Positions 26,533 to 32,000 of a stretch of 32,000 bases of DNA are shown piece after piece. The stretch spans positions 660,001 through 692,000 of the forward strand of contig NC_009925.1 in the NCBI RefSeq assembly GCF_000018105.1, in the 5' to 3' direction. The stretch's first letter is position 1. Each line of letters opens with the position of its first letter. Below the pieces are notes generated by a model that was not told the DNA's origin, did not search any database, and was given only the letters and a program-made list of their open reading frames with translations. This DNA comes from Acaryochloris marina MBIC11017 (GTDB lineage: Bacteria; Cyanobacteriota; Cyanobacteriia; Thermosynechococcales; Thermosynechococcaceae). Position numbers and translations under genes: made by a program.

Positions 26533-27051
26533 ATGCATAGTTTGGTCAATCGGACCTCCATCTTTGTGGATGGAAATAATATGTTTTATGCCCAGCAGAA
26601 GAATGGCTGGTTCTTTGATCCCCGACGAATTCTAAATTACTTTACTGAACCCACGGATGTTCGCTTAATTAATGCGTTTTGGTATACCGGATTAAAAGAT
26701 CCTCAAGACCAAAGAGGGTTCCGAGATGCCCTCATCAGTTTAGGCTATACCGTCCGCACAAAAATCCTCAAAGAATATTACGATGATTCATCTGGTCGCT
26801 ATTCCCAAAAAGCCAATTTAGATATCGAAATCGTCATCGATATGTTTAATACGGTGGACCAATATGATCAGGTTATTCTATTAAGTGGAGATGGCGATTT
26901 TGAACGAGCAATTGAATTATTGCGTTCAAAGAATACCCACATAACGGTGGTATCGACGGAAGGCATGATTGCCCGTGAACTTCGGAATGCGACGGATCGG
27001 TACATCGATCTCAACAAAATTCGCGATCGCATCGAAAAAACCGAACCCTGA
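26533..27051 (+). CDS. NYN-domain (LabA/DUF88-like) protein
   Basis: SIFVDGNNMFYA near the N-terminus and LLSGDGDFERAIELLRSKNTHITVVS are NYN/LabA signatures. Confidence 0.8.
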   Translation: MHSLVNRTSIFVDGNNMFYAQQKNGWFFDPRRILNYFTEPTDVRLINAFWYTGLKDPQDQRGFRDALISLGYTVRTKILKEYYDDSSGRYSQKANLDIEIVIDMFNTVDQYDQVILLSGDGDFERAIELLRSKNTHITVVSTEGMIARELRNATDRYIDLNKIRDRIEKTEP

Positions 27052-27169
27052 TTCTGCCGAACTGCCTTTTATCAGCAAATCTTAAGGTCAGTACTCTAGA
27101 ATAAGAACATCTAAATTTTAGATAGCGTCCTTTTCTTCTTCTACCTAAATATGGGTACTGGATAATATC

Positions 27170-28810
27170 ATGATCAAATTTCAACCCCAACAGGTCGATC
27201 GCATTCTCATTTTCGATACCACCCTTAGAGACGGCGAACAGTCTCCAGGGGCTACTTTGCATATCGATGAAAAATTGACGATTGCGCGGCAGTTGGCACG
27301 GTTGGGGGTTGACATTATTGAAGCCGGTTTCCCTTTTGCCAGCCCTGGTGATTTTGAAGCAGTCCAGCAGGTGGCTGCGGAGGTCGGCACCGAAAATGGC
27401 CCGATCATCTGTGGTCTAGCCAGAGCCACTGAGCAAGATATTAAAACGGCGGCAAAAGCCTTAAAACCTGCATTCCATCACCGTATCCATACCTTCATTG
27501 CCACTTCCGATATTCACCTGGAATATAAGCTCAAAAAAACGCGGCCTGAAGTGTTGGCCATCGCCCAAGATATGGTGGCTCTCGCTAAGTCCTTTACGGA
27601 TGATGTGGAGTTTTCCCCAGAAGATGCAGTCCGCTCTGATCCAGAGTTTCTGTATCAGGTATTGGAAGCTGCGATCGCAGCCGGTGCCACTACCGTTAAT
27701 ATCCCCGATACCGTTGGCTATACAACCCCTCAAGAATTTGGGGCGCTTATTCGCGGTATTAAGGAAAATGTCCCTAATATCGACCAAGCCGTAATTTCCG
27801 TTCACGGCCATAATGATCTAGGCTTAGCCGTTGCCAACTTCCTAGAGGCGGTTAAAAACGGGGCTCGCCAACTGGAATGCACCATCAATGGCATTGGTGA
27901 ACGGGCAGGGAATGCTGCCCTTGAAGAATTAGTCATGGCTATGCATGTCCGTCGCCAGTACTATAACCCTTTCCTCGGACGCCCTCCCGAGTCTGAAGCT
28001 CCCCTCACCAATATCGATACTAAACAAATTCATAAAACCTCCCGCTTGGTCTCTAACCTGACGGGAATGCTGATTCAACCCAATAAGGCGATTGTGGGCA
28101 CGAATGCCTTTGCCCATGAATCAGGGATTCATCAAGACGGTGTGCTCAAGCACAAACTCACCTATGAAATTATGGATGCCCAATCCATTGGCTTAGGGGA
28201 TAACCAAATTGTTTTGGGTAAGCATTCTGGTCGAAACGCCTTCCGTACTCGCCTGCAGGAATTGGGGATGGAGTTGTCCGAACAGGATCTGAATAAAGCC
28301 TTCATTCGCTTTAAAGAGCTGGCAGATAAGAAAAAAGAAATTTCCGATCGTGATCTAGAAGCCATCGTTAAAGACGAAACCCAGTCCCAAGTGATTGGCG
28401 GCTTCCGTCTAGAGTTGGTGCAGGTTTCCTGTGGGGATCATGCCTGTCCCACAGCGACCGTGACTATTTGTACGCCTGGCAACCAAGAGCTTACGGATGC
28501 AGCGGTGGGGACTGGACCGGTGGATGCGGTTTATCAAGCTATTAATCGAGTGGTTAAAGTGCCGAATCGATTAATTGAGTTTTCAGTCCAGTCTGTAACG
28601 GCTGGAATTGACGCGATTGGTGAAGTCACGATTCGTCTAGAGCAGAATGGCAAAATTTATGCCGGATATTCTGCCAATACGGACATTATTGTGGCATCCG
28701 CTCAGGCTTATCTCAATGCGTTGAATCGTTTATACGACTCAACCCAACCGCAAACTAAAACTCAAAATCAGGAAACTGATCTTTTGGTAGAGCAAACGGT
28801 CCATGCTTAG
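27170..28810 (+). CDS. leuA: 2-isopropylmalate synthase
   Basis: 546 aa with [27 protein letters not shown] and a C-terminal LeuA dimerisation/regulatory domain. Confidence 0.93.
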   Translation: MIKFQPQQVDRILIFDTTLRDGEQSPGATLHIDEKLTIARQLARLGVDIIEAGFPFASPGDFEAVQQVAAEVGTENGPIICGLARATEQDIKTAAKALKPAFHHRIHTFIATSDIHLEYKLKKTRPEVLAIAQDMVALAKSFTDDVEFSPEDAVRSDPEFLYQVLEAAIAAGATTVNIPDTVGYTTPQEFGALIRGIKENVPNIDQAVISVHGHNDLGLAVANFLEAVKNGARQLECTINGIGERAGNAALEELVMAMHVRRQYYNPFLGRPPESEAPLTNIDTKQIHKTSRLVSNLTGMLIQPNKAIVGTNAFAHESGIHQDGVLKHKLTYEIMDAQSIGLGDNQIVLGKHSGRNAFRTRLQELGMELSEQDLNKAFIRFKELADKKKEISDRDLEAIVKDETQSQVIGGFRLELVQVSCGDHACPTATVTICTPGNQELTDAAVGTGPVDAVYQAINRVVKVPNRLIEFSVQSVTAGIDAIGEVTIRLEQNGKIYAGYSANTDIIVASAQAYLNALNRLYDSTQPQTKTQNQETDLLVEQTVHA

Positions 28811-28819
28811 GGCAGTGAG

Positions 28820-28860
28820 CCATTGCAATTTTGCAATGGTAGCTCAGCAATATCTGCTGA
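28820..28860 (+). terminator. Two tandem hairpins downstream of leuA (possible terminator)
   Basis: The first hairpin is CCATTGCAA-TT-TTGCAATGG at 28820-28839. The second is TCAGCA-ATATC-TGCTGA at 28844-28860. No clear U-tract follows, hence the low confidence. Confidence 0.3.
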
Positions 28861-28887
28861 ACTGAAAAGCTGTTCTTATTTAAGTTC

Positions 28888-29388
28888 ATGACCCCTGATC
28901 AACCTACTCCTTCTAGTCCTGAGCCTGCTCGATCATTAGATGCCCTGATGCATGAGCGAGATCAGGCTCAGGCGAGTGCAAAGCGCTGGCGTCGTTTATA
29001 TGAAGTTGAGGCACAACAGCGTCAGAAAGAATCGGACGAGGCAGAGCAAACAATCCAAGTTTTGAGAGCAGAGGTTCAGCGTTTGTGCCAGTTTTCAGGC
29101 GGTGCACCAATGCTGATGCCTTCGCCAGGTAAGTCTAAGGGGGGATCTAGTGGGCATTCACAGAGCCAAGTGGCTGATTTGATGGCTGAACGAGATCAGC
29201 TATTACAAGCTTTGGAGCAAGAAAAGCAAAGCCACGAGAAGACGAAGCAAAACTTGATTAGTGCGTTGGGTGATGCGTTGGGTGCACAAAGACGAAAGTC
29301 TCTAGCTTTACCCTCATCACGAGCCGGTGCAAGGGCAGGGGCCATTATTCTCAAAGATCGAGATGGGCGAAGATCTAAACCTGACTAA
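28888..29388 (+). CDS. Hypothetical coiled-coil protein
   Basis: 166 aa, rich in Q, E and R with heptad-like segments (RWRRLYEVEAQQRQKESDEAEQTIQVLRAEVQRL; DQLLQALEQEKQSHEKTKQNL). Confidence 0.5.
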   Translation: MTPDQPTPSSPEPARSLDALMHERDQAQASAKRWRRLYEVEAQQRQKESDEAEQTIQVLRAEVQRLCQFSGGAPMLMPSPGKSKGGSSGHSQSQVADLMAERDQLLQALEQEKQSHEKTKQNLISALGDALGAQRRKSLALPSSRAGARAGAIILKDRDGRRSKPD

Positions 29389-29478
29389 TCGGCAGATGAT
29401 CCGCCCATATAAGTCAGTGATGGAGCTGTTGAATCTCTGAGGGTCCATTCCCCGCTGCTTGCAGCGTAAGATCGAGGA

Positions 29479-29649
29479 ATGAGTGAGTATATCCATAAGA
29501 GTCATAACGTAAGCGTATTGCTATATCACTTGGTGTTTCCTGCAAAATATAGACGTGCCCTCTTTGATGAGAGCGTGGATGAAGTGCTTCGAAACATTTG
29601 TATGGATATAGAGAATCGCTTTGGAGATGACAAGGCGCTTCAAATCTAG
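29479..29649 (+). pseudogene. tnpA: IS200/IS605-family TnpA (Y1 transposase), N-terminal stub only
   Basis: MSEYIHKSHNVSVLLYHLVFPAKYRRALFDESVDEVLRNICMDIENRF... then non-homologous residues and a stop at 56 aa. Full-length TnpA is about 130-150 aa. A left-end-type hairpin CGCTGC-TT-GCAGCG sits at 29453-29466. Confidence 0.7.
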
Positions 29650-29720
29650 AGCCAGCAGTAGATAGGGCAGTGTGATTTCAAAGAAAATAGGGTGGCCAAA
29701 ACGACTACCCTATCCAAAAT

Positions 29721-29825
29721 ATGTTGCCAACATGCTACCAAAAAGTTCTACGTGCTCACCTGAGCGAAAGCCAATATTTGACCTTGCAATTGTTGATACT
29801 GCTATTGCAAAGTCATCGTCAAATT
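29721..29825 (+). pseudogene. IS4-family transposase, N-terminal ~35 codons only
   Basis: MLPTCYQKVLRAHLSESQYLTLQLLILLLQSHRQI resembles the conserved N-terminus of cyanobacterial IS4-type transposases (..QYLTLQ.L..LLQ.H.Q.). The similarity stops exactly where the IS1-type end GGTCGTGC begins (29826). Confidence 0.45.
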
Positions 29826-30694
29826 GGTCGTGCATCAAAGAAGTGTGGGTTTGTTAAACCGATAGGGAGTCGAGTTGTTTTATTTCCTCATGCAATGTCC
29901 TCTATGTGGTCATCCTAAAACCCACAAACATGGCAAGACCAGCAAAGGCAGTCAACGTTACCGTTGCCCCCACTGTCAACAGACCTTTAGTGAGACCTTT
30001 GACACCCTGTGTTATCGCCGTCAGATCTCTCCTGAAACGATCCAGACCATCCTTCAAGCTCATGTTGAAGGGAGTAGTCTACGAGGACTCTCTCGCATCA
30101 CGGGTGTAGCGTATAACACTTGTGTGAGTGTGGTTCGTTCAGCGAGTCATAAATCCCAAATGATTCACAATGGGGAAGTTCAGGCCGTTGCGACCGACGT
30201 CATTAATGCAGATGAGTTGTGGTCCTTTGTCAAAAAAAGCAAAAGCACTGTGAGCCGAAGGAGTTGAGGGTAGGCGACTGCTGGATAGCATTGAGTCTTG
30301 CGAAAGAGAGTGGTCTCGTGCTCAGTGGCCGTATTGGCAAACATACCGACGAGCTAGCTCAAGAATTGATTGAAAATACTGAGGGCAAAACCGCCTGTCA
30401 TCATTGGCAAACGGATGGTTGGGAAGGGTACGCACGACAATTACCCGATGAGGTCGTCCATGAAGTGAGTAAAGCCCTGACCCAACGCTTAGAGCGGACC
30501 AATGGCATCGTGCGTCAGCAGACCGGGCGTTGGCATCGACGACAGAATAAATTTGGCAAAGTCTGGCAACAGAGTGCGATGACTTTAAGATTGGTGCTGA
30601 GCTATTTCAACTGGATTTGGTGCCACTCTCGATTCAAGAACACGGCTGCCCAACGAGCTGGATTGACGGAGCGTCCTTGGAGATGGCAAGACTT
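29826..30694 (+). mobile_element. IS1-family element, second and unrelated copy, with its right end cut off by the IS256-family element
   Basis: The left end GGTCGTGC... resembles GGTAGTCC of copy 1, and insA starts 64 nt inside it. No right IR can be found. The insB frame runs into the IS256-type terminus near 30695. Confidence 0.6.
29890..30267 (+). CDS. insA: IS1-family InsA (zinc finger/HTH)
   Basis: MQCPLCGHPKTHKHGKTSKGSQRYRCPHCQQTF...LRGLSRITGVAYNT. An A7 run (30232-30238) lies in the overlap with insB. Confidence 0.75.
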   Translation: MQCPLCGHPKTHKHGKTSKGSQRYRCPHCQQTFSETFDTLCYRRQISPETIQTILQAHVEGSSLRGLSRITGVAYNTCVSVVRSASHKSQMIHNGEVQAVATDVINADELWSFVKKSKSTVSRRS

Positions 30695-30737
30695 GAGAGT
30701 GTTTAGATTTTTGTGTAAGCAGCAGTGTATTCAATAG
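30219..30737 (+). CDS. insB: IS1-family InsB frame (-1 relative to insA); the last ~14 codons are read from the neighbouring IS
   Basis: A -1 shift at the A7 run gives ...DELWSFVKKKQKHCEPKELRVGDCWIAL.... Also present are WQTDGWEGY and RTNGIVRQQTGRWHRRQNKF. Confidence 0.7.
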   Translation: MVLCQKKQKHCEPKELRVGDCWIALSLAKESGLVLSGRIGKHTDELAQELIENTEGKTACHHWQTDGWEGYARQLPDEVVHEVSKALTQRLERTNGIVRQQTGRWHRRQNKFGKVWQQSAMTLRLVLSYFNWIWCHSRFKNTAAQRAGLTERPWRWQDLRVFRFLCKQQCIQ

Positions 30738-32000
30738 TTGAATCGTGTTGGGAACAGAATAGCAAAATGGGACAGCGCCGCCTTCCAATTCAGAATTGGT
30801 CTGGTCCATCGCTTCGAAATATTCCTCATCGCTAGAAACATCAATTTGTAGACAGACTCTTCATTAGGGAAAACCGCTTTGGTCTTAATCACCTTTCTCA
30901 GTGAGCGGTTGAGCGACTCAATGGCATTGGTGGTGTAGATAACCTTACGGATGGCCATTGGGTATTGAAACAACGGGGCAACATTATCCCAATGTCGTAT
31001 CCAGATTTGGCTAATGCCAGGATACGTCTCGTCCCATTTATGGGCAAATGCATCCAACGCAGCCTCAGACTCTTCCAAAGTGGCCGCTTGGTAAATGGGC
31101 TTGAGGTCTGCAGCTACGGCTCGACTTTCCTTCCACGGCACATGGCGAAGGCTATTACGAATAAGATGGACAATACAAACCTGCACCTGGGTCTGAGGGT
31201 AGACCGACTCAATCGCTTGAGGAAAACCTTTGAGTCCATCACAGCAAGCAATCAAGATATCCTGAGTTCCTCGATTTTTAAGGTCTGTGAGCACCGAAAG
31301 CCAGAATTTTGCTCCCTCTCGTTCAGCGGCTCCTATCCATAATCCCAACAGTTCCTTGTTGCCCTCCACAGTCACTGCCAAAGCGACATAGACAGCTCGC
31401 TTGCTGACTTGACCATTGACTTTGATGTTCACATACAGCGCATCAAGATAGACAATCGGATACACCTCATCCAGCGGCCTTGAACGCCAGTCTTTGACCT
31501 CTTCCATGACGCTATTGATGACGTCACTAATCAGAGCTTCAGAGATATTGGCCCCATACAGCTCCACCAATTGGGCTCGAATATCACGGGTGGTCATGCC
31601 CCGAGCATATAAGGCGATGATTTTCTCATCGAGCCCTGCGATGCGTCGCTGGCCTTTAGGCACCAGGACAGGCTCAAACTCGCCGCAACGGTCACGAGGA
31701 ATCGATAGGTCCATCTCTCCTTGTTCAGACTGGACGGTCTTTTTCGAGTAACCATTGCGACTATTTCTGGGGCCATTAGAATTCTCATCACCTGACTGAT
31801 CGTTGGAGGATTGCTGCAGGTGATGAGTCAATTCACCTGCAAGGGCTCGTTCCACTAGGCGTTTGCTGAGTCGTTTAAGCAGTCCTGATTCGCCCAGAAT
31901 ATCTTCCGGTTGAGGGTTCTCTCCGATGAGTTCATCTAACAGTTCATCGACTCGATTGGGAGCTTTTTTCTTTCTAGACATCGTACGGTCTCCTGATGTG
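30695..32000 (-). mobile_element. IS256-family insertion sequence; runs off the right edge
   Basis: The terminus GAGAGTGTTTAGATTTTTGTGTAAGC (from 30695) resembles the IS256-type IR (...TTGTGTAAAA) as I recall it. The transposase stop lies 36 nt inside it. Confidence 0.6.
30731..31981 (-). CDS. IS256-family (Mutator-type) transposase
   Basis: 416 aa. LLKRLSKRLVERALAGELTHHL, VPKGQRR, YARGMTTRDI, YLDALYVNIK, ACCDGLKGF, QVCIVHLIRNS and IYTTNAIESLN are the canonical IS256 transposase blocks. Confidence 0.92.
   Translation of the reverse strand: MSRKKKAPNRVDELLDELIGENPQPEDILGESGLLKRLSKRLVERALAGELTHHLQQSSNDQSGDENSNGPRNSRNGYSKKTVQSEQGEMDLSIPRDRCGEFEPVLVPKGQRRIAGLDEKIIALYARGMTTRDIRAQLVELYGANISEALISDVINSVMEEVKDWRSRPLDEVYPIVYLDALYVNIKVNGQVSKRAVYVALAVTVEGNKELLGLWIGAAEREGAKFWLSVLTDLKNRGTQDILIACCDGLKGFPQAIESVYPQTQVQVCIVHLIRNSLRHVPWKESRAVAADLKPIYQAATLEESEAALDAFAHKWDETYPGISQIWIRHWDNVAPLFQYPMAIRKVIYTTNAIESLNRSLRKVIKTKAVFPNEESVYKLMFLAMRNISKRWTRPILNWKAALSHFAILFPTRFNY

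Noticed and set aside
27091-27104. NtcA-like site GTA-N8-TAA upstream of leuA
   Set aside because: It does not match the GTA-N8-TAC consensus in the second half-site, and no suitably spaced -10 box was evident.
1-32000. Search for CRISPR arrays, rRNA, tmRNA/RNase P, reverse transcriptase/retron, or integrase genes
   Set aside because: I saw no regularly spaced 25-40-bp repeats, no rRNA-like segments, and no ORF with RT (YxDD) or tyrosine/serine recombinase motifs on either strand.

Overview
This window looks like a cyanobacterial chromosome segment. The evidence is nine HIP1 octamers (GCGATCGC) plus gun4, a labA-like NYN gene, a class II photolyase and secDF/pdhB/leuA. It divides into three parts.

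(1) 1-11,047 is an accessory, defence-type island that ends at the 3' end of tRNA-Gly(CCC).
- It carries a Type I R-M locus on the minus strand, in the order hsdM-hsdS ... hsdR.
- hsdM is cleanly split by an IS701-family element with a 4-bp ATAT target duplication.
- A TA-like cassette sits between hsdS and hsdR: an orphan Phd/YefM antitoxin, a PIN-like gene, and an unannotated 54-aa ORF joined to it by a TAATG overlap.
- A 1,488-bp IS in the same gap is flanked by an unusually long, perfect 44-bp direct repeat.
- Further right are a MITE-like inverted repeat, an IS1 element with an 8-bp target duplication, a decaying vapBC pair with in-frame stops in both genes, an apparently intact RHH-PIN pair, and a fossil vapC 3' end.
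- A 28-nt partial copy of the tRNA lies about 90 bp beyond the intact tRNA.

(2) 11.3-29.4 kb holds ordinary core genes.

(3) 29.45-32.0 kb is a serially nested IS pile: an IS200 tnpA stub, an IS4-like stub, an IS1-family element and an IS256-family element.

I found no CRISPR array, rRNA, reverse transcriptase or large novel multi-gene system. The best candidate for something new is the small cassette embedded in the R-M locus, followed by the 44-bp duplication. All family calls rest on motif recognition by eye, not on database searches.
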